Shown: positions 49,213-58,746 of the stretch, piece by piece
Layout: every line of letters begins with the position of its first letter
Numbering within the stretch: position 1 is the first letter of the stretch
Assembly (NCBI GenBank): GCA_938091905.1
Contig: CALKOM010000001.1
Coordinates: 47,138 to 111,137, forward strand
Direction: 5' to 3'
From: an uncultured Verrucomicrobiales bacterium
GTDB taxonomy: Bacteria; Verrucomicrobiota; Verrucomicrobiia; Verrucomicrobiales; DEV007
DNA length: 64,000 bases
The notes under the pieces: generated by a model
Databases searched by the model: none
Told to the model about the DNA's origin: nothing
The model's input: the letters and a program-made list of their open reading frames with translations, nothing else
Position numbers and translations under genes: made by a program

Positions 49213-50259
49213 ATGGAGCCAACACCCATGGACGATTCCCGATTCGCTGATCTGCTCACGCAGTTCAGTCGGAAGTCGATTCTTGTGCTTGGCGATGTGA
49301 TGTTGGATCGCTTCATTTGGGGGAACGTCTCCAGGATTTCTCCGGAGGCGCCTGTTCCTGTGGTGCACGTCCAGCGCGAGTCTGCCTACCCCGGGGGCGC
49401 AGCGAATGTGGCGCGGAATCTCCTGCCCTTTGCCGGTCAGGTGCATGTGATGGGGGTGCTCGGTCCAGGTATGATGGGTGACCTCTTGCGAAAAAATTTC
49501 GAGGAAGAAGGTCTGTCGACGGAAGCGCTGGTGGTTGATGAGGGCTATGAGACGATCGTGAAGACGCGGGTAGTCGCCCGAAGTCAGCAAGTAGTGCGCA
49601 TTGACCGGGAAACGCCTCGCTCAGTAAGTTCGAGGGTCGTGAAGCAAATGAAAGCGCACTTCTCAGAGCTACTGCCTTCGTTGGATGCGATTATTATCGA
49701 AGACTACGCGAAAGGTCTGCTCGGCCAGGATTTCGTTGATGCCGTCATCGCTGAGGCGGCAGAAGCGGGCGTTCCCGTGACCGTCGACCCGAATCCTAAC
49801 AATCCGCTTAGCTGGCGAGGTGTGACCGCCGTGAAACCGAACCGCATCGAGGCGTTCCAGGCCGCGGGATTGAAAGACGAGGGATTAGGTGATGACCTGG
49901 CATCGGATCCGATCTTGCTTGAGCTCGGTCAACGATTGCACGATCTGTGGGACTGCCAGCACCTCCTCATTACTCTGAGCGAGAGGGGGTTGGTATTGCT
50001 GAGTCGAGATGAGGGGCCTTGGCATAGTCATCCGCGAGCACGGGAGGTCTTTGATGTTTCAGGTGCGGGAGACACAGCCATTGCGCTCTTTACTCTAGCG
50101 TTGTGTTCAGGAGCGACTGCCCGTGAGGCGGCTCACCTCTCGAATCACGCCAGCAGTCTCGTGGTTGGGAAGGTTGGAACCGCCACGGTCACTCCCGAGG
50201 AGTTGACAATGGCGATTAGTGGCGACTACCTGCAGGGCAACGCTTCTCCCGAGCACTAA
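49213..50259 (+). CDS. rfaE1: D-glycero-beta-D-manno-heptose-7-phosphate kinase (HldA/RfaE domain I)
   Basis: LGDVMLDRF..G.VSRISPEAPVPV, PGGAANVA, KPNRIE, VFDVSGAGDT, VGKVGTA. Start is 49213 or 49228. Confidence 0.92.
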   Translation: MEPTPMDDSRFADLLTQFSRKSILVLGDVMLDRFIWGNVSRISPEAPVPVVHVQRESAYPGGAANVARNLLPFAGQVHVMGVLGPGMMGDLLRKNFEEEGLSTEALVVDEGYETIVKTRVVARSQQVVRIDRETPRSVSSRVVKQMKAHFSELLPSLDAIIIEDYAKGLLGQDFVDAVIAEAAEAGVPVTVDPNPNNPLSWRGVTAVKPNRIEAFQAAGLKDEGLGDDLASDPILLELGQRLHDLWDCQHLLITLSERGLVLLSRDEGPWHSHPRAREVFDVSGAGDTAIALFTLALCSGATAREAAHLSNHASSLVVGKVGTATVTPEELTMAISGDYLQGNASPEH

Positions 50260-50260
50260 C

Positions 50261-51025
50261 ATGAAAACAAAAGTCTACGGTTTTATTCCCGCCCGCTGGG
50301 CTTCGACTAGGTTTCCAGGGAAACCTTTGCACATCCTTGCAGGGAAACCCCTCATCCAGCACGTCTGGGAGCGCTGTCTGAAGTGTGAGGAGCTGGACCA
50401 CGTGGCTGTGGCGACGGACGACGAGCGAATCGCCAATGCAGCACGCACGTTTGGCGCCGACGTTTGTATGACACGTGCTGATCATCCCAGTGGCTCGGAT
50501 AGAATTGCCGAAGCTGCTTCCAGGTTCGAGGATTGTACCCATGTGATCAATGTTCAAGGAGACGAGCCGCTCATTGAGATCGGCCTTGTGAACACTCTTG
50601 CTCAACGTCTTCGGGAGGATCCACAATTGCCGATGGTAACCGCGGCGAATCCGCTGACTGACAGCGATTCGGTGAACAATCCAAATATTGTCAAAGTCGT
50701 GCTTAACAAACGGCAAGAAGCCCTCTACTTTTCCCGCAGCGTGATTCCACACGGGCGAGAGCGTCATCCAGGCACCACCTGGTACCGGCACCAAGGGATT
50801 TACGGATACTCGAAGGAATTCCTTCTACAGTACGTCCGGTGGGAACCTACCCCCTTAGAACTCACCGAACAGTTGGAGCAACTGCGCGCGCTTGAGAATG
50901 GCGCCACCATTGCCGTTGTCCTAGCAGAAGACGACGCAATTGGCGTTGATACGCCTGAGCAGGCAGACGAGGTCGCACGGTTAATCGAACAACGGGCGAC
51001 GATGACTGAGGGGAATCCATCATGA
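50261..51025 (+). CDS. kdsB: 3-deoxy-manno-octulosonate cytidylyltransferase
   Basis: IPARWASTRFPGKPL, SGSDR, INVQGDEP, ALYFSR, EQLEQLRALE. Confidence 0.96.
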   Translation: MKTKVYGFIPARWASTRFPGKPLHILAGKPLIQHVWERCLKCEELDHVAVATDDERIANAARTFGADVCMTRADHPSGSDRIAEAASRFEDCTHVINVQGDEPLIEIGLVNTLAQRLREDPQLPMVTAANPLTDSDSVNNPNIVKVVLNKRQEALYFSRSVIPHGRERHPGTTWYRHQGIYGYSKEFLLQYVRWEPTPLELTEQLEQLRALENGATIAVVLAEDDAIGVDTPEQADEVARLIEQRATMTEGNPS

Positions 51026-52665
51026 GTAAAGACGACAAGCAAGAGAAGCCTACCAAATACATCTTCGTCACAGGAGGTGTGGTTAGCTCGTTGGGCAAAG
51101 GTCTGGCAGCGGCCTCGCTGGGTACCTTGCTCGAGTACCGTGGGCTCAAGGTGGTCCTACAGAAGTTTGATCCCTATCTCAATGTCGATCCTGGTACCAT
51201 GAGCCCGTTTCAGCATGGTGAGGTGTATGTGTTAGATGATGGCGCGGAAACCGACCTCGATCTGGGCCATTACGAACGCTTCACCAGTGGGAATCTTACC
51301 AAGAACAACAATCTTACCAGTGGTCAAGTATACGAGATGGTTCTCGAACAGGAGCGGCGTGGGGATTACCTAGGAGCGACGGTGCAGGTAATCCCTCACG
51401 TAACGGATGAGATTAAGAACCGAATCTACAATGTGGCGAAAGAGCAGAAGCCAGACATCATCATTACAGAGATCGGCGGCACAATCGGAGACATTGAAGG
51501 ACTCCCTTTCTTGGAGGCCATGCGTCAGTTCGCGTTGGAGAATGGTAAGGACAATGTCCTCTTCATTCACGTCACGCTACTACCATTCCTCGCGGCCGCC
51601 GGCGAGCTCAAGACTAAACCGACCCAGCAGAGTGTGGCTAAACTGCAGTCTCTCGGCATCCAGCCAGATATCATCATATGTCGGACAGAACACGAGATCG
51701 AAGACGACATGCGTCACAAGATTTCCATGTTCTGCAACGTCGCTCAGCATGCGGTTATTCAGGCGCGAGACATGGAGCACAGTATTTATGAGCTTCCGCT
51801 AGAGCTGCGCAAGGAGCGTCTTGATCGAATTGCATGTGACTCGCTTCGCCTGACCACGCCGACTCCAGATCTCACTCCGTGGGAGAACTTTGTTCAGCGG
51901 ATCATCAGCCCCTCACACAAAGTCAAGATTGCTGTGGTTGGGAAATACATTGAGTTGCAAGACGCCTACAAGAGTATCTACGAAGCGCTCACCCATGCGG
52001 GGGCTTACCTCGACTGTGGTCTTGAGATTCAGCGGGTCGATGCAGAGGACATCGAGAAGCATGGAGCTGAGGCTTATCTCAGTGGCGTCGGTGGCATTCT
52101 CATTCCCGGAGGATTCGGAGATCGAGGTATCGAGGGCAAGATCGAAGCCGCGCGCTTCGCTCGCGAAACCAAGCTGCCTTACTTTGGTATCTGTCTTGGC
52201 ATGCAAATCGCCACGATCGAATACGCGCGCCATGTCTGCTGTTTTGAAGGTGCCAACAGCCAAGAGTTTGACGAGAAGGCCGAACACTTGGTCATCTGTT
52301 TGTTAGAAGATCAAAAAGAGGTCGACAAGAAAGGCGGCTCCATGCGCCTCGGAACCTGGGTCACAGACATCAAGCCAGACACACGCACATACGATCTCTA
52401 TCAAAGCGCCACGATTACCGAGCGTCACCGACACCGCTACGAAGTCAACCCTGTTTACAAAGAGCGGCTCGAGCAAGGCGACCTCATCATTTCGGGTGCC
52501 TCGCCAGACGGCACCCTTGCCGAAATTATCGAGATCGCAGACCATCCCTTCTTTGTCGCGGTGCAGTTCCATCCCGAGTTTCTCTCCAAGCCGAATCACC
52601 CGCATCCGCTGTTCCGCGGCTTTGTGCAGGCCGTGCTGGACAGTAGCGAGCTGCCTTTGAGGTAA
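51022..52665 (+). CDS. pyrG: CTP synthase
   Basis: KYIFVTGGVVSSLGKG, DPYLNVDPGTM, GICLGMQ, ERHRHRYE, QFHPE. Confidence 0.98.
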   Translation: MSKDDKQEKPTKYIFVTGGVVSSLGKGLAAASLGTLLEYRGLKVVLQKFDPYLNVDPGTMSPFQHGEVYVLDDGAETDLDLGHYERFTSGNLTKNNNLTSGQVYEMVLEQERRGDYLGATVQVIPHVTDEIKNRIYNVAKEQKPDIIITEIGGTIGDIEGLPFLEAMRQFALENGKDNVLFIHVTLLPFLAAAGELKTKPTQQSVAKLQSLGIQPDIIICRTEHEIEDDMRHKISMFCNVAQHAVIQARDMEHSIYELPLELRKERLDRIACDSLRLTTPTPDLTPWENFVQRIISPSHKVKIAVVGKYIELQDAYKSIYEALTHAGAYLDCGLEIQRVDAEDIEKHGAEAYLSGVGGILIPGGFGDRGIEGKIEAARFARETKLPYFGICLGMQIATIEYARHVCCFEGANSQEFDEKAEHLVICLLEDQKEVDKKGGSMRLGTWVTDIKPDTRTYDLYQSATITERHRHRYEVNPVYKERLEQGDLIISGASPDGTLAEIIEIADHPFFVAVQFHPEFLSKPNHPHPLFRGFVQAVLDSSELPLR

Positions 52666-52777
52666 GCATTGCGAGTGGTTGAATGCTTGGTGCTATCACC
52701 CTGAAGAGGGCCTACGATTCTCTCTAGCTTGTTCGCAACACTGCTTTTCCAAACACGGATATCTGTTAGTCTTTGCC

Positions 52778-53597
52778 ATGAAATCCGTTCCCTTCTGTCT
52801 TTGTCTCGGGCTCCTTCTCTTCGTGTAACTGAGACGCGGCTCTAAAAAGTGCCCAGACAGTGAGGAAGGGCATCCCCTTCCTCAACTCTCATCAAAATCT
52901 CCAATATCCGAAGATCGTTGGCTTAGGTAGGAGGCCTTTGGCAAAGAGATGGCTGCCAGTGTCAGCAAAGGGCATGCGGATACCTTTGAGAAGCTGTTCA
53001 GTCGTGAATGCTTCGGCGAGGTGACTCAGGATCGGAAGGTTGAAGAAGACCCAAGAAGGATTGAAGATTTATGGGTCACTTCCAAAAGTTCTACAGAGAG
53101 ACAAATCTATCCTGGTGCTGTCGGTATCGTTGCTGGCTATTCGCGATGGGGTTGCCTATGCCGATTCCCTGAAATTGTATGCCGACACCTTTCCCAACGG
53201 CCCTTCACTCACGCTGATGATGATCGATTACTACATCGTGAAGGAAGACTATCCTAAGGCCTGTGCTTCCATTGATGCGATTGAGAAGGAAGTCGGTCAC
53301 GATCCAGTGCTTAGCGCGCTTCGATCGGGCATAGCTCTTACACAGGTCCACTACGAGGAAGCGTTAAGTTTTGCAGAGCAAGCGCTGTCTGCCGATCCAA
53401 CGCTTGAGGATGCGCACTGGAGTGCCATCCCTGCATCCCTGCATGAAGATTTTTCAAGCATGCTTTCCCATTTGGTGAGTTTCCGAGACTCCTTTGATCA
53501 CGAGTTCGATCCCAAAGAGTTTCGAAATGAGGAGCTCTATCAGAAATTTATGGCGTCATCTGAGGCTATTACTTTCTTCGGTGATCCGATAGAGTAG
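52778..53597 (+). pseudogene. fragmented exported TPR-like protein
   Basis: Signal-like MKSVPFCLCLGLLLFV* from 52778, a fragment EAFGKEMAASV..FEKLF in another frame, and a TPR-like C-terminal frame (53040-53597) without a proper start. Confidence 0.55.
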
Positions 53598-53753
53598 TTG
53601 AGTGCACGCCTATTGGCATCCTGGCGGAAGATGTTTCGGGGCCTCGTGATGGGGGCCTGCCTGTTACACGAGCCGCTCCTTTCGGAAAGGTTTGGATTTC
53701 TATAGGCTGGCGACGTATACGTTGGAGGCGTCCTATCCTAAGTTACCTACCAA

Positions 53754-54779
53754 TTGACAGAGAATTTCTACAACGAGTCGAACGAGGCTCCCGATCAGGC
53801 TTTTGAGCAGTCGCTGCGGCCGCCTGCTTTTGAGGATTTCTGTGGTCAGGAAAAGGTCAAAGATCGGTTGATGCTGATGGTGGAGGCGGCTCAGCAGCGT
53901 GGTGATGTCCTGGGGCACATTCTTCTGAGTGGGCCACCGGGTTTGGGCAAGACTACGCTGGCGCACATCATTGCAACAGCGGCGAATTCAAAGATTCATA
54001 TCACAAGTGGGCCGCAGATTGATAAAGCAGGGGATCTTGCTGGCGTCCTGACGAATTTGCAGGAGGGGGACGTGCTCTTCATCGATGAGATCCACAGGCT
54101 GCATCCGAGCGTGGAGGAGTATCTGTATCCGGCGATGGAGGACTTCAAGCTGGATATCATCATTGATCAGGGGCCTAACGCACGCACTATACGGCTTTCC
54201 TTGCCGCCGTTTACGTTGGTTGGGGCGACGACTCGGGCGGGTATGCTAACGGCACCGTTGCGTTCTCGATTTGGCCTGACCGACCGGTTAGACTATTATC
54301 CGATCAAGGATCTGACGACGATCATCAAGCGCTCAGCCGATTTGTTAGGTATCGAGGTTCAATCGGGTGGGGCGGAAGAAATTGCCATGCGTTCACGAGG
54401 CACGCCGCGCATTGCCAACATGCTCCTCCGTTGGGTTCGCGATTATGCTCAGGTGCGGGCAGACGGGATCATCACTCCAGCTGTCGCAAAGGACGCGCTT
54501 ATCATGCGCGAGATCGATGAAGATGGTCTCGATGAGATGGATAAGCGGATTCTTGAGGCCATGATCTATAAGTTCAATGGTGGCCCCGTGGGCGTCAGCT
54601 CCCTGGCGGTGGCGGTGGGTGAAGATGCCTCGACGATTGAAGATGTTTATGAGCCTTATCTAATCATGCAGGGCTTCTTTAAGCGCACGCCGCGTGGTCG
54701 TATGGCCATGCCGGCTGCTTATGTGAAGCTCGGTGTCACGCCACCGCGTAACAGTCACGATCAACCTGAGCTTCTATGA
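53754..54779 (+). CDS. ruvB: Holliday junction branch migration helicase RuvB
   Basis: [50 protein letters not shown] start. Confidence 0.97.
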   Translation: MTENFYNESNEAPDQAFEQSLRPPAFEDFCGQEKVKDRLMLMVEAAQQRGDVLGHILLSGPPGLGKTTLAHIIATAANSKIHITSGPQIDKAGDLAGVLTNLQEGDVLFIDEIHRLHPSVEEYLYPAMEDFKLDIIIDQGPNARTIRLSLPPFTLVGATTRAGMLTAPLRSRFGLTDRLDYYPIKDLTTIIKRSADLLGIEVQSGGAEEIAMRSRGTPRIANMLLRWVRDYAQVRADGIITPAVAKDALIMREIDEDGLDEMDKRILEAMIYKFNGGPVGVSSLAVAVGEDASTIEDVYEPYLIMQGFFKRTPRGRMAMPAAYVKLGVTPPRNSHDQPELL

Positions 54780-55339
54780 TATCGCATTTCCTTCAGTTCT
54801 TCAAAGAGAGCAAGTCGCTTCTCCGCGACATGCGTGATGATGGATTCATTCATTTGCTCATGGAACCGCTCTTTACCTATGGGATCGGTTTCAGTCTCTT
54901 GCTCTTCTTCGTGGCCATCGCGACAAAGGAAAGAAAATGTCGAACCCTGGCACTGCTGCTCATCATTGTCTGCTCGGTCATGATCTATCCTTACCAGCAC
55001 AAGCGAGATGCCGCTGCACCCCGGCCTGGCTACAGTACCTATTGGACGAAGGAGAATAAGAAAGTCTGGGATGCTCAGACCATCCGTCGACGACACTTTC
55101 AGTATGTCTTTTATGCGCTGGCGGTAGTCGCGTTGCTTAACATCATCATTTCTCCGGGAACGACGATCGGGAAGGGGCTGGCTGTCCTGGTGTTGGGAGG
55201 TGGCGTCTTTGTGCTGGTGTGCGGCTTGTGGCTGAACCTCCACGAGAAGAGGATATTTTATCCGGACCTGCGTGATGCGCCCGTCCGAGGTCCGGTGACC
55301 AAGGTGTTGTTAGAGGCTCCGGCCCAGCAGATTGGTTAA
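54776..55339 (+). CDS. hypothetical integral membrane protein (about 4 TM)
   Basis: Four hydrophobic segments; ATGA overlap with ruvB. Confidence 0.7.
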   Translation: MISHFLQFFKESKSLLRDMRDDGFIHLLMEPLFTYGIGFSLLLFFVAIATKERKCRTLALLLIIVCSVMIYPYQHKRDAAAPRPGYSTYWTKENKKVWDAQTIRRRHFQYVFYALAVVALLNIIISPGTTIGKGLAVLVLGGGVFVLVCGLWLNLHEKRIFYPDLRDAPVRGPVTKVLLEAPAQQIG

Positions 55340-55353
55340 CATACTGCCCTCCG

Positions 55354-56544
55354 ATGAAGTCTGGATTTCTTGATAAACTCATTGCCCGTCTGGGCAAGTT
55401 GAGCCCTGACGAAGTGCAGAATGCACTGGTGCGTTTGGTGCAGGAAAAGGGCTTTCTCGAGAAAGTGTTCGATGCTTTGCAGGAGGGAGTCATCGTGACG
55501 GATGCGGATGGTATGATTAATTATGTCAATCGCGCGGCCTGTGGCTTCTTTGGGCTGGATGCGGAAGAGGCGATTGATAAGCAGCTTGATACGCAGCTTC
55601 GTGGGATGGACTGGTCGACTCTCATTGTGGAGGGCCAAGTCGTTTCACGAGATATCGAGGTTTTCTATCCTGAGAATCGCTTCCTAAACTTTTACCTCTC
55701 GCCTATCGAGGACGAAGAGATCACGGAAGATCTGGGTTATGTCATGATTATTCGTGATATCACGCTCACGAGGAAGGTGACGGAAGAGAAGATCGAGTCT
55801 GAGCGATTGTCTGCTCTCACCCTGCTTGCAGCCAGCGTGGCTCACGAAATCGGCAACCCGCTAAACTCGCTCAACATCCATCTTCAGTTGGTCGAGCGTC
55901 GTCTGAGAAAGGCGGCACCAGAACTCTACGAACGGCAGTTTGAAGAACTCCTCGATATTGCGAAAGACGAAGTGAATCGATTAGACTTTACTATTGCACA
56001 GTTTCTGAAAGCCATCCGGCCAACTAAGCCAGTCCTCGAGTTGCATGATATCAATAATGTGATCCGAGAGTCGGCGAATTTCCTGGAGAAGGAGCTGAGC
56101 GATCGTGGCATCACGATGAAGCTTGAGCTGCGCTCAAACATTCCTCCGATGCCGCTGGATGCGAGTCAGTTGAAGCAAGCCTTCTACAATATCGTTCGTA
56201 ATGCCATGCAAGCGATGTCGAGCAAGGGACACCTCACCATCCGTAGTGATATGGATACCTACGAGGTCCTCGTCACGTTTTCGGATACGGGCCCTGGGAT
56301 TTCCGCAGAGGCGATGTCGCGTGTTTTCGAGCCGTATTTTACCACGAAGAAATCTGGGACTGGGCTCGGCTTGCTCATTGTTCGCCGGGTAGTTCGCGAG
56401 CATGGTGGGGAGATTGAGCTCACGAGCAAACCTAACGAAGGCACCCGCGTTATCGTGCGCCTCCCCCGAGCGCAACGCCCCCCGCGTTTCCTGCCGGGCG
56501 GAGAGACCTCGGGCGCGGACGGAAAGGTGTTCGAAGTGGAGTAA
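55354..56544 (+). CDS. cytoplasmic PAS-domain sensor histidine kinase (NtrB-like)
   Basis: PAS (EGVIVTDADG.I.YVNRAA), H-box VAHEIGNPL, N-box NIVRNA, DTGPGI, FTTK..GTGLGL. Confidence 0.93.
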   Translation: MKSGFLDKLIARLGKLSPDEVQNALVRLVQEKGFLEKVFDALQEGVIVTDADGMINYVNRAACGFFGLDAEEAIDKQLDTQLRGMDWSTLIVEGQVVSRDIEVFYPENRFLNFYLSPIEDEEITEDLGYVMIIRDITLTRKVTEEKIESERLSALTLLAASVAHEIGNPLNSLNIHLQLVERRLRKAAPELYERQFEELLDIAKDEVNRLDFTIAQFLKAIRPTKPVLELHDINNVIRESANFLEKELSDRGITMKLELRSNIPPMPLDASQLKQAFYNIVRNAMQAMSSKGHLTIRSDMDTYEVLVTFSDTGPGISAEAMSRVFEPYFTTKKSGTGLGLLIVRRVVREHGGEIELTSKPNEGTRVIVRLPRAQRPPRFLPGGETSGADGKVFEVE

Positions 56545-56595
56545 CACGACATTAGTATTGCCTCGTAGCAGGCTGGTCGTTAGCCTCCGCGCCAA

Positions 56596-57843
56596 ATGAA
56601 AGCCCTATCTCTTCTCGCAGGGACCCTGTCTTTGCTAACGCTATCACAAATGTCGGCTCGTGAGCCGAAAGAATATGATAAGGATGTCAATTACAGGGAG
56701 GAGCGCCTCCCCGCGTATGATCTTCCAAAGCTCTTGGTTACGCCGCAAGGCAAGACGATCAAGACGGCCGAGGAATGGCATACGATCCGACGACCGCAGA
56801 TCCTTGCTCTGTATAGCAATCTCATTTATGGATGTGTGCCCGAGCCAGCGAGCCCGATTCAGCAGTCGTTCGAGGTGGTCAAAACGGATCCTGAGTTCAT
56901 GGGGGGTAAAGCGACGCGTAAGGATGTGAAGATTCGTCTCAAGAATGATCTTGGTGAAATGGAGATGCATTTCCTTGTTTACGTGCCTAACAAAGCCGAG
57001 AAACCAGCGCCCACGTTCTTCAAACACAGCTTCAACAACACGAAGTCGAGAGACTTCGATGTCTCGGACAAGAATCCTGGCACACTTCGTAATGGCTGGC
57101 CATTGGGCGATTTCTTTGATCGGGGTTATGGTTTCTGTGCGGTTTACCAGCAAGATTTGGTGGGGCACAACGAAACGTCTTTTCTCAATAGCATTCACAA
57201 ACTCTTCTATCCGAAGGGACAGAGTTTCCCCAAAGCTTCAGAATGGGGTGTGCTCTCTACCTGCGCGTGGGGAGCCATGCGTGGCATGGACTATCTGGAG
57301 ACCGACGATGACATTGATCACACGCGTGTTGCCATCATGGGCCATTCGAAGATGGGTAAAGCGACTTTGTGGACAGCTGCCCAAGACGAACGGTTTGCTT
57401 TGGCCATCTCGGCGCAGTCGGGCTGTGCAGGAGCAGCGCTCTGGCGTCGGAAATCGGGTGAGACCTTGAAGAAAATGGTCACGCGTTTCCCTTACTGGCT
57501 CTGTCGCAATGCGTGGAAATTTGTCGAGCAAGAGGATGACCTTCCTGTGGATCAGCACATGCTGTTGGCCTGCATTGCCCCGCGCCCGGTCTACGTTCAC
57601 AGTGGTGTCGATGACACCTGGGCCGACAGTCGCGGTGAATACCTATCGGCTTATCATGCCAGTGAAGTCTATCGCTTGTTAGGAAAGAAAGGTCTTGAGA
57701 GCGAGGAGTCGCCTGAGGTCGGCAAGGCCATCATCAAAAGCGATGTCGGCTATCACAATCGCGAAGGTGGCCATTCCATCGATCCGTTTGACTGGGAACG
57801 TTTCATGGAGTTTGCAGAGTATCACTTCAAAAAGACGAATTAA
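56596..57843 (+). CDS. CE15 glucuronoyl esterase-like secreted hydrolase
   Basis: Signal peptide, NY.E..LP.Y.LP, AWGAMRGMDYL, GHSKMGKA, SGCAGAAL, LPVDQH.L.ACIAPRP, GGH. Confidence 0.82.
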   Translation: MKALSLLAGTLSLLTLSQMSAREPKEYDKDVNYREERLPAYDLPKLLVTPQGKTIKTAEEWHTIRRPQILALYSNLIYGCVPEPASPIQQSFEVVKTDPEFMGGKATRKDVKIRLKNDLGEMEMHFLVYVPNKAEKPAPTFFKHSFNNTKSRDFDVSDKNPGTLRNGWPLGDFFDRGYGFCAVYQQDLVGHNETSFLNSIHKLFYPKGQSFPKASEWGVLSTCAWGAMRGMDYLETDDDIDHTRVAIMGHSKMGKATLWTAAQDERFALAISAQSGCAGAALWRRKSGETLKKMVTRFPYWLCRNAWKFVEQEDDLPVDQHMLLACIAPRPVYVHSGVDDTWADSRGEYLSAYHASEVYRLLGKKGLESEESPEVGKAIIKSDVGYHNREGGHSIDPFDWERFMEFAEYHFKKTN

Positions 57844-57848
57844 TTCAC

Positions 57849-58739
57849 ATGAAACGGGTAGGATTTATAGGACTGGGTGACATGGGCATGGCCATGGCGC
57901 TGAACTTGATTAAGGCGGGTTTCGAACTGACCGGCTTTGATCTTCGACAAGAACGGTTGGACATGCTGAAAGAGGCTGGCGGTAAGCCTGCTTCTTCTCC
58001 TGCTGAGGCGGCTCAAGGTGCCGATGCCGTCTTCATCATGGTGATGACAGGCGCGCAGGCCGAGGCCGTTGTCTGTGGGGAGGACGGCCTTCTCACGACA
58101 ATGGTACGGGGGGCTACCATTCTGCTTACGGCGACGATCAAACCAGGGGAAGCGCGGACGCTCATCGATCCCGTGGCGAAGGCTGGCGTGCACCTGATCG
58201 ATTCACCGGTCAGTGGCGGAAAGGGTGGGGCAGACTCGGGAACGCTCACGCTGATGGCCTCAGCGCCACAAGAGGTCTTTGAGGCAAATCAGGACTTGAT
58301 GCAAGCGGTAGGCCAGAAGCTCTTCCACGTCGGTGAAGATGTCGGCATGGGGCAGACGGTCAAAGCTTCCTTGCAAGCGCTCATCGGCTCCACCTTCACG
58401 GCGATCTTTGAGTCGCTGGTTCTTGGTTCTAAAGCGGGTGTCGATGGTAAAGTGTTGTATGACGTCTTCACGGCGAGTGGTGTCGGTAGCCCACTCTTGG
58501 CAAATTGTTCCAAGCTCATCATGGATCGCGCATTCAAAGGCACGGGCAGTCAGATTGGAACGATGTACAAAGATCTCGGCATCAGCATGGACATGGCAAA
58601 GGAGAATGGCTGCTCGATGTTCACGGCCGCAGCCGCTCATGAACTCTTCCGCGCAGGGATCTCCCTCTTCCCAGAAGAAGACAACTGGTCGATCGTGAAG
58701 CTGCTAGAGCAGATCGCCGATACCGAAGTGAAGTGGTAG
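57849..58739 (+). CDS. beta-hydroxyacid dehydrogenase (HIBADH/LtnD family)
   Basis: GFIGLGDMG, DSPVSGG..GA..GTL, G.GQTVK, KDLG. Confidence 0.88.
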   Translation: MKRVGFIGLGDMGMAMALNLIKAGFELTGFDLRQERLDMLKEAGGKPASSPAEAAQGADAVFIMVMTGAQAEAVVCGEDGLLTTMVRGATILLTATIKPGEARTLIDPVAKAGVHLIDSPVSGGKGGADSGTLTLMASAPQEVFEANQDLMQAVGQKLFHVGEDVGMGQTVKASLQALIGSTFTAIFESLVLGSKAGVDGKVLYDVFTASGVGSPLLANCSKLIMDRAFKGTGSQIGTMYKDLGISMDMAKENGCSMFTAAAAHELFRAGISLFPEEDNWSIVKLLEQIADTEVKW

Positions 58740-58746
58740 TTCCGGT

